Positions 12,854 through 27,443 of a stretch of 64,000 bases of DNA are shown in pieces. The stretch lies in contig NC_043010.1 in assembly GCF_006345805.1 (NCBI RefSeq), positions 36,828,001-36,892,000 of the forward strand. Direction: 5' to 3'. The notes under the pieces are model-generated. The model was not told the DNA's origin and ran no database searches. It worked only from the letters and a program-made list of their open reading frames with translations. How positions within the stretch are numbered: the stretch's first letter is position 1; the number at the start of each line of letters is the position of its first letter. This DNA is from Octopus sinensis. Taxonomy: Eukaryota. Both the position numbers and the translations under genes were made by a program.

Positions 12854-14564
12854 AATAAAAGTTTGCTATAAAATTTTATGGAGGGACAGATGTTGGCAGG
12901 ATGGTAGGGGGCAGGCCAAAACAAAACATGATTTCTTTGTTCTCCAGGTTTTCCACATTTTTCCCATAGTCAACCCTTATGAGGTAGAGCAACCAGTTGA
13001 ATACATATTTTATGGCTTTTAAATATTAGACGAATCTTCTTCACTGTAATGCCTCTCGGCTGTATTTTTATTGAGTTTGCTTTTATTTATTTTTTGGTCT
13101 TTAGAAATGAGTGAATAATGAAGCCATTACACAATTTCTAGACTAGCTAGAAATAACAGTCCAATTTCCTATATATACCTTCTCAAAGAAAGTTACATAT
13201 AAATAATTGTAGCCATAGATGAAATGAACTATGCTTGAAAGAAAGAAAAAAAGACAAGATGGCTACAACCAATAACAACTGTTAAAAGTGGTTCCCAACT
13301 TGTAGGTCATAATACAAATCTGAAAGTGTCATGAAGATAAAATCTTTCACCCATCCAGTCATTAATGGCTATTCCATCCTGAACCTGCTACAGGGATCTG
13401 GGACATGCATCCTTTGTGCTTCCACCCCATCAACCTCAGGTAGACACTGCAATATATTTTTGGACAGGGCTTTTCTGTCTGAGATCTAAATGCACCCCTT
13501 GTTAACCTGCACACCAGACAATACTATATAGTTGTTCCATATTGAAGTTTTTTATGGCCTTGTTTGCACCAGGTGCCAAGCATGCATTGTACTTGATCCA
13601 CAAGTATATATTTTATACACTGGGTAGTCTGAGAAGAAATGCATGTGATATGAAGGCTTTTAACAAACTATTTCTAACAAAATATGGAGAATATTTTTTT
13701 TTAAATGCATTTAAAATTTTAACGGTGTCCAGTAGGAATAATATTTTTTAAATACTGCAGAGGATTATTGATTTCTTAAAAATAGGTTGCTTTGTTACAG
13801 TGGTTAATCTAAAAAAAACGTGAATATGGGATTATTGTGGTAGATCAAAGTTCGCTAAACAACAGCATGCCGCTCCCTTAAAAAAATATACAAGATAATT
13901 ATCACTTGACTACGACATAAGAATACAACTGTTTGATGTTTTTATTATAAAAGGTAACTATCAACAAATTATCTATTACTATTATCAGTCTCCTACCCAT
14001 AAGATAACTTGCCATGGTTACTGATTGATTTTAAATGTGTTTGTGTTGAGGAAGGGGGAACTCTGGGCAGATAGAACAAAAGAAACAGCCTTGTCAACAG
14101 CTGGAAATTGGTTTTGCTTTTTCTTCTATTTTATTTATTTATTTCTGAATTTTTCACCTTGGAACAAACAAACCAACAGAAATTGTAGCTATCATACTTT
14201 AATAAAATAGAAGAATCCAATTATATTTTCAGTCAAAGCATTCACAAATGATAATAAACAAATGAGCCTACTTATTTGATGTTTTCTGTACCAAATTTTA
14301 GATAGACCTCAATACTCCAACAGTAAGCCTTATATAATCCATCATGCAAATTGATTCCAAAAACCATTTTGATTTATTAGATAGTAATTATTAAATTTGT
14401 AATGGTAGTGGTGATGGTAAGAGCAAGAGACTGTGAGGGAGTTCATACTTATTCTTGTTTAAGGATATTAGCAACAAAAGGAAAGCTAAAAGACTACAAC
14501 AAGTAGCAGAAACGACTAGCTAAGAGCTCACCACTTTCTGTTTAATGGTTCCTCAGACCCTAGT

Positions 14565-14925
14565 CATTTAGACTGTGGCCATGTTGGGGCACAACCTTGA
14601 AGAATTTTAATTAAATGAACTGGCCCCAGTACTTACAGTTTTTTTCAAAACTGGGTACTTATACTACTGCTCTTTTGTCAAACTGCTAAGTAACAAGGAT
14701 GTAAACACACCAAAACCAGTTGTCAAGCAGTGAAGGGGATGAACACAGACATGCATGTGTGTATACACACACACACAAACAAGCTTCTTTCAGTCTTATC
14801 TACAAAATCCATTCACAAGACTGGTTGGAGCAAGGCAACAGTAGAAGACACTTGTTCAAGGTGCTGCACAGTAGGACTGAAACCAGGCCCATGTGGTTAG
14901 GAAGCAAACATCTTACTACTCAGCT
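14565..14925 (-). mobile_element. SINE family A (degenerate, full length)
   Basis: GCTTCTTTCAGT...AAATCCATTCACAAG...AGAAGACACTTG...GACTGAAACC...CATGTGG head plus the GTAAACACACC...GTTGTCAAGC 3' block, with a central (CA)n. Confidence 0.8.
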
Positions 14926-15730
14926 ACACTTTTCCCTTGACTATAAAAGTGTGATTAACTCTTTTTTTTTTTTCTTCTTCATATTTTCTTGAAATCTTTG
15001 TAACAAATGGCATCAATAAACATAAGCAAGATTATTTGCTCTTAAATGTTTCATAAACTGGTATTGAAGTCATCAAATGGGTGTGTGAAACAAGAATATT
15101 ATATCACATGCAAATGAATACAAAGAAAGCCTATTGTAAGGATTTTTTTTTCTTATTTCTTGTCTCTATGACAAAACAATATCAACTTGGTGGTTTTCCT
15201 GAGGATAAAACTATAAGACTTGAACTCTTAACTTCTGAGGTCAGAAAATAGAAACAGCAACTACTTAATTTTACATGTTCAAAGGAAGTGAGCAGGAGTG
15301 ATAATAAATGTTTACTGTTATTTACTAAGTGTTGTTGTTGTTGTTGTTGTTGTTAAGTGGTGGAAACAGTAGTGTTCCACTAAGTATATGTCTTGTAGTA
15401 CCACACTGCAACTTTTAAAGTATTTTTAAGTACAAACTCTGCTAAGTTTAACTTTGCTTTCTCAACCTTCTGAGTTTGGTTTAAGAAACACAAAAAGAAA
15501 AAATGAAAAACTCAACAGTATTAGCACCAAACAGTGATTAGGCATACACAAACTTTGGGCTAGTTAAAAAATGTTTGTAACATATTTTAACTTCTAAAAG
15601 GTAAATTCATTGCAGTTATCCTGAAGAAAAATTTCTTTTATATGATAAAAGGTGTGGAAAAAAACACCATGCCTGGCTGGTGCTTCCCTCTACTGGATAC
15701 CCAGACACTCATTTCTTGCTTTTTAGCTTT

Positions 15731-15893
15731 CATCATCATCGTTTATGTCCATTTTCCATGCTGGCATGGGTAGGATGGTTTGACTGAGGTCTGGAAAGCC
15801 AGTGACTGTACTAGGCTCCAATCTGATCTGGCAATGTTTCACAGCTGGATGCCCTTCCTAACACCAACCACTCCAAGAGTGTAGTGGGTGCTT
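15731..15893 (-). mobile_element. SINE family C (RTE-type tail ending in (ATG)n)
   Basis: CATCATCATCGTTT...TTTTCCATGCTGGCATGGG...GCTGGATGCCCTTCCTAAC-CCAACCACTCC; other copies lie near 18040, 30983, 34009, 36027, 62214 and 63487. Confidence 0.8.
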
Positions 15894-16265
15894 CCCCACT
15901 CCCACCTCAATGGAAAATACTGAAGAGAGATAACTCAGGGCAGATTCCTAGATGTAGCTTATTTCTAAAAACAATCAACATCAGTGACTGAGTTGAGCTA
16001 ATGGATCACCTTGTCAGACTAAAAATAACAGCATCAATGCCAAGCAGTGATGAAGCAGAAACAAACCTTAGTTTGTGACATATTTCAACTTTGGCAAAAT
16101 CACTGCAGTTACAGTGGAATAAAAAATTCTCTTATGGTAAAAGGTGTTAACATTTCTGGGTCATGTCAATTAACTAGAAATTTCTCATACAAAATGCCCA
16201 ACCATTTAACTGTCTTAACAATCACATCATTATTACTAATCATTATCATCATTAACTTATTATTA

Positions 16266-16951
16266 AGGCAGCAAGCTTGTAGAATCATTGGAGAAAATGC
16301 TGATCACTATATCTTCTGGTTATTCATATTCTGAATTCAAATGCCGTCAAAGCTGAATTAACCTTTCATCTTTTCAGGATCGATACAATAAGTACCAATT
16401 GAGCAACAAGGTGTTATCAACTTACCCCTCCCCCAACAAAATTTCAGGCCTTGTGCCCTATACTCGAAAGGGTTATTATCATCAACTTTAGAGTGGCAAG
16501 CTGGTTTCTTCCATTCAGAATATTAATTCTGCTGGGGTCCACTTTGCCTTTCATCTCTCTAGGTTTAATAAAATGAAGTATCAGTGGAGTACACGGTGGT
16601 ATCGATAGTATCAGCTAAGTCCTTCAATCTTAAATTGATGGCCTTTTACCAAAATTTAAAACCATGAAGGTCAATAAAATAAATATAAGTTGAACACTAG
16701 AGTCTATCTAATTGATTTACACCCTCCCCTGAAATTGCTGGCCTTGTGCCAAAATTTGAAACCATTATTATTGTCATTGGCATTGACCTGGTGGAATCCT
16801 TAGTAGCATTCACTTTACGTTCTGAGTTCAAATTCAGATGAGGTCAATTTTGCCTTTCATCCCTTCAGGGTTGATAATATAAATACCAGTCTAGCACAGG
16901 GGCAGGGGTGGTCGATGAAATCAACTATATCCCTCTCCCAAAATTTCAAGC
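16266..16951 (+). mobile_element. Head-to-tail cluster of four family D copies or fragments
   Basis: Successive TTTCATC...AAGTA(C/T)CA...GGCCTT blocks at ~16266-16475, 16490-16663, 16664-16770 and 16779-16951, all on the plus strand. Confidence 0.8.
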
Positions 16952-19900
16952 TAATAGAAAGGACATCATCATCATTTAGATTTGTGCATCTTTTTTTTTT
17001 GTTAAGTTTATTGATTTTTGTTCTATCCATCACACTAGAAATGGTCAATTAGTTCTTAGTAGCCAAGTTGCTTAGCTGCTATTTCTAGCAAGTCAAGGGA
17101 TCATGCATGAAGCTTCTGCACTGGTCCTTTACACAACTCCACTCCCTGTCTGTTGTCAATAGTTGTCTTATTTTACCTTATAACACCCTATAGTAAGATT
17201 AAGTGCCTAATGTCATGTGCCAATGACTCACTGGGTTTTAATCTATATTACTTATTGTATGAGAGAGAGAGAGTGAAAGACAGTGAGTGTGAGAGTGTGT
17301 GTGTGTGTGAGAGAGAGAGAGATCAGCATTTTTATTTTTCAAACTTTGAAGGTAAAATATGACCACTTCTACACCTAGATTCTACCTCATGTAGCATCTT
17401 TGGATTTTTAATTCTGCTACATGAACAAGTCTCTTATCATCATCTAGTGTGTATCCTCCCATCCATCCCAAGATATGTACATAACTGGATTTGCATTACA
17501 GATTGTAATTCCTAAACAAAGCATAATAATACTATTCCTGGCACTACTGAAAAGAGATTCCTGTTTCAAATCCAGTCTAGTAATGGATATAGAACCCAGA
17601 ATAAAACACCTAAAGGTAATCAAAGATCAAACTGAAACATACTGTAGACATATATTTATATGAGAAATCTATCACCAAAGCATGATTTTCTGTGCAAAGC
17701 AGTAGGGGGTACTGATTTCAGGTTATACATTGCAAGCTGCTGTCCCTAAAGCATTCTTAGAACCTTTGTTCAATTGGCTTAGTATAATCAGCCACACACT
17801 AGAAGAAGGTATATTATCATGGCCACATGTAAATACCTGGAACCACTCTGAAAAGTGGCTGGTGATAGGAAGGGTGTCTATCTGCAGAAACAATAACAAA
17901 CTGAAACTTACAAATGCCAGACTATGAAGGTAGTGGCTCTCCATAAAGATTGAGTTAGACCATAATGACCCATCCAACCCACCTCGGTATGGAAAGTGAA
18001 TGTAAAAATTATGCTAACGGTGAAAATGATGATGATAAGGTGTTTGCTTTATATCCACTTTCCATGCTGGCATGGGTTGGATGAAGACTTATTGAGATAG
18101 CATTTTAAGCCTGGATGCCCTTCCTGTCATCAGCCCTTACCTATTTTTCAGGTACAGAACTACTATTGAATACAATGCTTACAGGGAATGTAAACAAGAT
18201 ATCTCTTTCTTTGTTGTGTAATCTAATATAAGCATGTAAAATGTAAACATTAGCATGCACACACACACAATCATCATTTAGTGTCCACTTTTCTATATTT
18301 GTACAGGTCAGGTGGAATTTGTTATGGCAAATTTTCTAGAAAATTACCTTTAATTACTAACCCTCATCTGCTTGCAAGCAAGGTATAACACATGACCAGA
18401 TATATTTTTCAAAGAATTCTGGAAACAAACAATATCGCTCATATGACGATGATGATCGTCGGCAAACATTATATGACAAGTATATACATATACACAGTGG
18501 GCTTCTTTCAGTCTCCATCTATCAAAGCTACTCACAAGATCCAGGGTCAACCCAGGGCCATAGAAGACACTTGCCCTAAGTGCTGTGTAGTAGAACTAAA
18601 CCCAAAATCACATGGTTTGTGCCAGTTTCAAGACACAGCCATGTCATGTAGTCCAGAAGTTTGCTTTGCAACCATTTATCTGATGCTACATTATCCAACA
18701 TAGGAAATACAGCTATTATTTCAAGCAGGTTTAGCAATCATATAGGTTCTCATGTTGACCTAACAGACTATTTTCCATGCTGATGAGACCCCTGGCATAT
18801 TGCCGTAACATTTTGTTTTGTCTTTTCAGGAGAGGAAGATGGTGTTATACCAGCAAATGCACAATCTTAACACATTTTTAATAAATTGTTTTTTAGTTTT
18901 GTTTTTTTTTCAGTGGAACTCAAAGTAGGTAAAATTATAAATAATAGCACAGAGAACAATAGGTTAAAAAAAAATTCTTGGTTGGAAAAAGGTGAAAGAA
19001 GTTCGACCATGGGATGCAAACCCACATCTTTTACAAAATGTGACAGATGTGCTACCATTATATGCCATTATATATAAGCAACACTTTAAATTCTTGCTAT
19101 CCATTTTAGAAGCTCTGTTCTTACCAGTGAGAACTGGTTGTTTACAAAATAAGCACTTCAGAAATGTCAAGAAATATGAAATAGCATTTTTTAACCCAAT
19201 ATTTTACATGCTGTTTATTTATAGCTTTTATCATCTATGAGTTCCCCACTGAAAAAAAAGAAAAGAAAGAGATTATTTTTTTCATATCTTTCAAAGCTTC
19301 TAATATTCTTATGATAAATATTTCTCTGTTGCCATTTATCAAGTAGATCTGTATTTATTTGACTATCAAAGCATATCAAGGGCTGTTTTTATTAAAAAAT
19401 CAGATTATTCTTTTCACATCATTTATTACTCATTTCCAATTGTAAATAAGGTTTTGTTGCATCAGGTCCTTTTTTCTTTTCTTTTTCCTTATTGTAACAT
19501 GTCTCTTATTGTTTTAAAACACTGTTCCACAATGTTCACCTCACTCTGATACAAATATATAACCTTGACTAAAATTATGCTTACCACACTGTGGTTTCAC
19601 CATCTTGTATTATATGTATTATACATACTTCAACTACTTTGCTTCTATAATAAAAGAAGCTTATAATACCTGCACTGTTCATCTAAGTAGCTTCATATTC
19701 TACAACGTGAAGTGAGCTATAAATTGGCACATAAATATCTGGTAAAACTACTGCTTACATGTATATTTATTTTTATTTTGACAGCAAATTACTTGAATTA
19801 ATAGAAATATTGATTTCTTAGAATTAGGCACAACATCAACTTTAGTAGGTACAGTATGGTCAATTTAAGCATTACTAGTACATTACATAGAAAAAAAGTA

Positions 19901-21694
19901 AACAGAGATAAACTAAATAGATTAGTGCTAGTTAAGTAAGTGTTAGTATAGTTACTGAAAAGAACATTAAAAACCTAACAGGGAAATAATTATGGGGTGA
20001 GGAATAAACAATATTAGTCAATGACTAATAATCAACTTCTCCCACTTGCCCAAACTTACTGGCCTTGTGCCAAAATTTGAAACCAATATTAATTTTGTTA
20101 AGTACAGGAGGTATCTCTGGATATATTCTGTCTTATTTTAGCCTCATCAAGCTTCTAAGACATTTAGTCTATTATATTCCAATTATTCTCATCTTCTGAA
20201 ATAATTGTACTTATCAAAAACCATTTTGCAAAGTGAATTTCTTCCAATTATTTTCAGAATACAGCACAGAATCATTCACAGACTTAAAACAAATTTTTTT
20301 TTAATTTTCTTAGTTGGTAAACAAATGTGTTACATAACAATAAGTGTAAAATAGTAACACTATAATTATTATACAATATAATATAATTCTTATCTATAAA
20401 CCACGGATGAGCATAGAAGGGCACTAGCTGCCAAAATACTGTACTATTGAGGGAGAAGAAAGCCAAACTGATGATATACATGAAGTGGCTGAAAGATGGG
20501 TGTTACCAATGAGAGTGCACCATTTGAGTAAGTATTTCCAACCAGTGACAAGATGGTATCAAAAAGGTACAAACTGTGAAGCTCATCAACATATTAACAA
20601 GTCTGAGATAGCTAAAGGTTTGTTTTAGCTGTGTGTGAGAGAGGGAGGGGAGAGATCTTGGTAATCTTCCTTTACTTATCAACAGCATGGACATGTGATC
20701 TGCTCTGGCCTGCTCTGGGTACATAACAAAGAAGTCATCAGTAAGGGCCCACCAAACAAGAGCGGAGCTCTATATGGTCATTCAAGATGTTAGAAATAAC
20801 AGCAAAATCTCCATCAAATCACACTATTGTCTTAAAACAATAAAACAATACATTGAGTGACATAATCCTAAATACACAATGCTTTTCTCTATAAAAAACA
20901 TTTGTAGGTCCCCACCACCAACTCATTTGGAGTGACAACAATCACAACCATTGCATTTTTTTTCTCTACCTCTTAAACTGATGGTTGATGACTAAAGGTA
21001 AGTAATAGGTCAGGTTCCAATATCTAGCATTCAGTGAAAACTATTTTGAATGAAACATAAGACTGAAAAATCCATTATGTCATCTGTGTGCAAAATAAAG
21101 AGAAGGAAAAGAAAATTGTGATAGACTACCAACACCCATTTAAAATCGTTTTCTCTTTTTTTTCTACCAACAAATTCTATTCCTTCTGTTTCTTTGTAAA
21201 TGCATAGATGTGTATGTGAGAGAGAGAGAGTGAGAGAGAGAGAGAGAGAGAGCTTGGCATAGCTAGGGCAGATGCTTTGAGGTGGTATTTTACAGTAAGC
21301 AAGATGCCCATCCTCTTGCATCTGTATTAATATTACAAATCTATGTGTACAGATAGATATATTTAGAAATCTAAACAGCTATGTGATGTCTGCATGGTTT
21401 GAACAATAATTACAATATACTGATGAATGAAGAAACAAAAAAGCAAAAACAAACAAAAACAAAAAAATCTCAACAATTCAGGTTGCCAAGTTCAGCAACA
21501 AGGAGAATAAAATTACTTGTAAAATTGTGTGCATAACATTGGGGAGTGAGAAACTCCGAGTAGCAACTCACAGATTCAGTTTTGATTAATAACTCCACCC
21601 TAGTTAAGTATCTTTTTTCTTATTTTTCTGCTTAATTGCAATTCACACCCTGTGTGTGAAACCACATACATCACACACATATATATATATATAC

Positions 21695-21725
<31 letters not shown>

Positions 21726-22699
21726 TACACACAGAATATAAATACATAAATATACATATACACACATACAATAGATCATATGTTACAAGTGGAGAGAGAA
21801 GTGAAAAGAGAAGGTCAAAAGAGAGAGGGATACTGAGATCAAAAACTTCTATGGCAGTTTAGTAAACTTGTCAAGCCATAACAATGTCAAATAACTTGTC
21901 TATATAAAAAGGCAATTTGAAAAATAATGGGAAGTAAAACAAAAATAAAAATTCCCATTGTTAACAGTGGAGCTTGATTATTATAAATATTAACCTACTT
22001 CTTATCAAGGCCATGTTGAATATTTTCTGCTTGGTTCAAATGTTATACAAATGCCTAAATGGCAAACCACTGAAAACACACACATACACAAACACACACA
22101 ACACACACGTAAACACACTAATGGGGATAGGTTAGTAGTGTTCTTTTGAAAATGTTTCAAGCAAGTCTGTGATGTGGCAGATGCTTTAGAAGGGAATGTA
22201 TCACTGCTTGTTCTCATAGTTGGAAATATTGAAAGGAAGAACAATAGGGCCCTACACCTAACAAATGTCTAGGCTACAGGGAATGCATGTGTGGGAGCTT
22301 ATTGTCTAAAAGGAGAAAAAAAAAAGAGAATGTTAAGAATGGTTAAAAAAATAAGTGCAAAAAAAATTTTTTTTTTTTTTGTGGTACCAAACTGAAATCT
22401 CCAGAGGGATGAAATATAATTCAACAGGTGATTAAAATTCTGAGCATTCAAACAAAACAAACAATGCAACTAAATACTTCAAAGGCATTCTCTCTATCAA
22501 CAGTACAGAGTATGCTGTTGAACACCCTAATAAAAGAAAATTAACTCATTGGTCAGATCACATTCACATTCATAGGCTTTATCAGTTAGGTCAACCTAAC
22601 AATTGTTAAGAATGACTTTTAACTCCAACTAGTTGGACTAAATTTTAAAATTCAAAGATAAGGAGGCATAATCAATCATAAATAAAATGAAACTCTGCT

Positions 22700-23060
22700 C
22701 TCTTTACTCTTTTACTTGTTTCAGTCATTTTGACTGCGGCCATGCTGGAGCACCGCCTTTAGTCGAGCAAATCGACTCCGGGACTTATTCTTTGTAAGCC
22801 CAGTACTTATTCTACTGGTCACTTTTGCCGAACCGCTAAGTGACGGGAACGTAAACACACCAGCATCGGTTGTCAAGCAACACAGACACACACATATATA
22901 TGACAGGCTTCTTTCAGTTTCTGTCTACCAAATCCACTCACAAGGCATTGGTCGGCCCGGGGCTATAGCAGAAGACACTTGCCCAAGATGCTACGCAGTG
23001 GGACTGAACCCGGAACCATGTGGTTGGTTAGCAAGCTACTTACCACACAGCCACCCCTGC
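22700..23060 (-). mobile_element. SINE family A, best-preserved copy (tRNA-derived head)
   Basis: Minus strand reads GGCTGTGTGGTAAGTAGC (A-box-like)...GGGTTCAGTCCC (B-box-like)...TTGGGCAAGTGTCTTCTGC (CORE-like)...GGATTTGGTAGACAGAAACTGAAAGAAGCC, ending in a GTAAAAGAGTAAAGAG tail. It retains many CpGs. Confidence 0.9.
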
Positions 23061-23567
23061 TGATGATGTTTTTGCTATTGGGAAGGCCCAGTCAACACCC
23101 ATATTTTGTGCTTATTCCAAACAGCTCGATGCACTAAGGAACATACAGTTCTAAAGTGTACTACTGCCTGAAATACACAGTGAAAACCCTGCACTGGGTT
23201 TGAGCTGAAGACCATGTGAGCAGATAAACCAAGAAATAAATACACACACACACACGTGTGCATGCATCTATATATATTCAGCCAACCAACAATTCCTACC
23301 CATAGCCATTCTTATCATTACAGTAAAACAAGGAATTCAAATTAATATTCATGTGCAGAAATAGGTGGCATTTAGTCCATTAATGAGAAAGAGAATTACA
23401 ATTTAAGCTTTGAATTAACTGTGCTGCTGCCGCTACTACTATTACTACTACTACTACTACTATTACTACTACTACTACTACTACTACTAATACTACAGTA
23501 ATTCTCTAAGCAGAACAGTTTCATTGATATTTCAATGATAATAAAAACAACAGGCATGGTAGTTTAA

Positions 23568-23768
23568 CCCCTTTGATACCAACTTGCCTGACATCACCCC
23601 TGGTTCTATGACATAAACTTAAAATGATTTTAAAATCTTAGATGACAATTTTATGTTAATTTATATGTTCTGCTCACCAGCTTAATGAGGATTTAGTTAT
23701 TTTACTAAATTCTTTATAACTTCAAAAAATTAATGAAAACCAATGCGGTGTATTCCAACAGAAAAGGG
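23568..23768 (-). mobile_element. MITE family G (piggyBac-like)
   Basis: Bounded by TTAA-CCCCTTTGATACC and GAAAAGGG-TTAA; the interior matches the reverse complement of 43236-43453 and 59091-59310. Confidence 0.75.
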
Positions 23769-25163
23769 TTAAATAAGTATGTAGCCAGAAATTTTTTTTT
23801 ATTTTACAAATATAATTCAAGCTCATTCGAGAGATGAAATAGTGACAGAAAGATAACGATGACAAAATAAACCCAACTACAATAAAGAACAAAAATCAAT
23901 GAAACTAATTTCTTACTTATGCACCAAATCACATATTTAGTGATGGAGAAATCAGAAAGTAGGCTAAATGCATCATAATATACTTGATCAATCATCATCA
24001 TAATCATCATTTAACGCCTATTTTCCAAGCTGAAATGGATTGGATCAATACTTCTATTTCATCAACTTCAGAAAAGTATGGTCGACTTTGGTCCAATTTG
24101 AACTCAGAATGCAGAGACATAATCCTAAACTGTTACGAGATATTCTGTTTAATGTTTCATCAATTCTGCCACTACCAGTCATGCGAGATTAGTTGTATCT
24201 TATGGTCTTTATTTGTTTTCAGTCATCCCATCTCCACCCCAACCAAGCGTCAACCACAAACACCATTATCATCATAACCACATATCCACAAATACTCTTA
24301 CTTTTCTATGCTGGCAATCAAGTTAGATACAATTACAGAGCAATCAAGCTTCCCATATATGTCTTAATCCTTTGTCATCTTTCCTACTAAAATCTTCAAT
24401 GTTTGCAAGTCTGACCTTGTTCCACATGCACTTCCTACCAAGTCATTTTTGATCTAACTCTAATAATGGAGATATTCCACTACTAAAATCATTGCGGTTC
24501 CACACACACACACTCTCATTCATACAGCTTACATTCTCCAATTACAACGCAGTACAGTTATTTTGAAATCAGTAGACATTTTGCAGGGTTAATTTTCATC
24601 TATTGCGTACTTTGATGTTGCACTGATAGACTTAAAAACACTGCATTTTAAATTGAGTCACAAGAATTTTCTAGATGAAATAGTAATGGTGAAAGATGCC
24701 AGCAGCTAGTGTATACAGAGACAGTTTTAAAAGCTATATACACACACAGGCAAACATACATATATTCTAACACACACAAATGCATACATACAAAACATTC
24801 CCTTTGTTCACCTACTTTCAATAGAATCCACTATTACTTACATTCAACAACTTGAATAGAGCAGATTATTATTCTACAGCTATGAATTCCTTCATTCAGT
24901 CAAAAGGCATCTAAAGTCATCATTTATTTCATATGCACCAGTTCTCTAGGCTAGACGTACTCTTTACTGGCAGAAAAACATAAAGAATTCTTTGTTCAGA
25001 ATGGAGATTTTGTAAATGATTTATCAATTTCAGAGTGACCACCTAACCTAACTCTTTCTTTCAAGTGTCATTTTCTCCATCGGGGAAAATTTCCTCCTGT
25101 AAGGTTTTGGAATTGTTTTTTTACTGCCCCGTAGGTGCCAAACACCCAAAGCCAAATTACTAC

Positions 25164-25198
<35 letters not shown>

Positions 25199-26700
25199 AA
25201 AAAAAGAAAAAATGAATACTTTGTTATGGAGCTCAAAATTGTGCAGCCTAAATATAATCACTTTAATAATTTTGGAATAAATTTTCTCAGTTAATTCCAT
25301 GCAAGACAGTTAGAAAGCCTTTCAGAAACTGTCTAATAAATCTGTTAAAACTTTATTTTTATTGTTATTGTTGCTGTTTTCCACTGTTCTATCTACCCAC
25401 CTCACAAATGGAAAAATGAAGTTAAAATTGAAAAGATTGAATTAAATATTTTTAGAATTTCAACAGCAGATATCAAAAAAAAAAAAAAAGAAAGAAAAAC
25501 CAGAAAATTTTCAGAATTTCACAAGACAAGACACATTAAAAACAGTTGCTAATGATTCAGTTCTCTCTCATCTCATTATGGAGAAACATTCAATTAGTTT
25601 GCAGAATTAATTTACACCAAATTCTTTCAGCACATTCTATGTGCATGTGTGTGTGTGTGTGTGTGTGTCTTGCTTTAAGTTTCACATGTCTGGCTTATAT
25701 AAAAAAAAACACTCCATACATGCGGTAACTCTAGAAGAAACCAACTGATGCACAAATAATTGAATCAACAATTTGAAAGAGAAAAAAAAAAGAGAAAAAC
25801 GTAAAGGAAAGAGAGACAGGCAGACAGACAGAGCGCATATAGAATATTCTTAAACTGTACAATGTTACTAATGTGAAAAGACTTTTCAACTAGTTCAATC
25901 ATAGAGCTTTCGTAACAAAAATTAAATAAAGTTTTGACAACTCAAAATAACAGCTTCCTGAATAGCAGAAAACCCTTGCTAACGGCATTTTTGAAAACGA
26001 AAATGAACAAGTATTCATTTATTTAACTGCAGTGATGCCTCATTCACACACATACACACATATAAATGGATTTTGAGAATAGCTTTCTGAAAGAAAAAGA
26101 AAAAAAACATTTGGATATTGAATTCGTTCTTAGTTTCCTGCGCTCCAAGTTGCTTACTGTGCATTAAGCAGCCAATAAAGTGATATTCATTATACCTTAT
26201 CTGTTTCTTGTTTACTCTCTCTTTATATGCATTAAATGTAAATGTAAAAGAAAAACACTTTCTAGACTATGGGAAATTCACAATCACAGCATCTCAAAAT
26301 CACTACGGTTAATGCTATACCAGAAAGTTTATTGTGCAAGTTATGAATTGTTTTAGAAATTACTCCACTTGCTGCTGCCAAATTTAGGAAGTATAATAAA
26401 TATCAGTGATCCATAGTGAGACTAGTAAAAACAAACAAACACCTCATTAATCACAAGGTCAATAATTTATGAAGAAAGGGGTTTGTTAATACTATTGACC
26501 CCAATAGTTGACGGCTATTTTATTTTATCCACTCCAGAAGAGGATGAAACACAAAGGGGGGTCTCGGTAGGATTTGAAATGCAAATAAAGGTTTACTTCA
26601 TTTTTTGAAGATCCAGTGAAGCTATAAGGTGCTACACAAGCACTGAACAGAGCTGAGATTCCATTATGGTAGAATTAAAATAATAAATTATTGCATGGAT

Positions 26701-26908
26701 CTAAATAGCATTTAAACCAGCCATATCCAGCCAAAATATTATCCTTGTTTTATGTTCTAACTGACCAGATCCAGCCACTCATACCTAAACAACAATTTCA
26801 ATCAAAACAAACATTCACATCGTTGAGATCTCAAAGCTACAAGACAAATTCACATCAATGGGAATGAATCTGTATTACATTTGACAGATTAATCTGAATG
26901 CTAAAGGA
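26701..26908 (+). mobile_element. MITE family F
   Basis: TAGCATTTAAACCAGCCATATCCAGCC...TTTGACAGATTAATCTGAATGCTAAAGGA-TTAA. Confidence 0.75.
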
Positions 26909-27443
26909 TTAAAGAGTGGAACATACAATTCCCTCTGAGTCAGACTGCCTCATGGTCCCAGCAGACAAAGTGGAAAAGGCATTGCTTGGGAAGATGGTGG
27001 AAGAGATGCACTGGAACAGCCACTCTGACTTATTGGCCAAGGAGAGGGGGAGAAGAGGTGTACTTGTGGACAGCCATCTCTGCCCCAATAGCAGTGAGCA
27101 GGGATATGGTCAGGGGTCCAAGAAAGCCGAAGGTTTCCACTGTAACAGGCTCAACCATAAACCTGTCAGAAAGCAACTTGCCCTAGCCTGATGAGCAGCA
27201 AAGCCTGGGTTATCTAAAGAACCAGGGAAAATACCATTAACCCCCCCCCCCCAAATTACAATGTTTTCTTCACTGACAGTTGAAACATTAAGTAAATTGG
27301 TGAGGAAGGATACCACTAGTGTGTTGGTACAACAATGACTTGAAAATTGTTTTAGAACTTGTTCAACTGTTTTTTTTTTACTCCCATAGTTTAATACTTT
27401 TAACTCCTTCAGATCTATTTATTCATGACTGACCAAAGATCTA

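Noticed and set aside
19003-19067. Minus-strand tRNA-like A/B box spacing
   Set aside because: Too degenerate for a cloverleaf; at most an old SINE head or tRNA relic.
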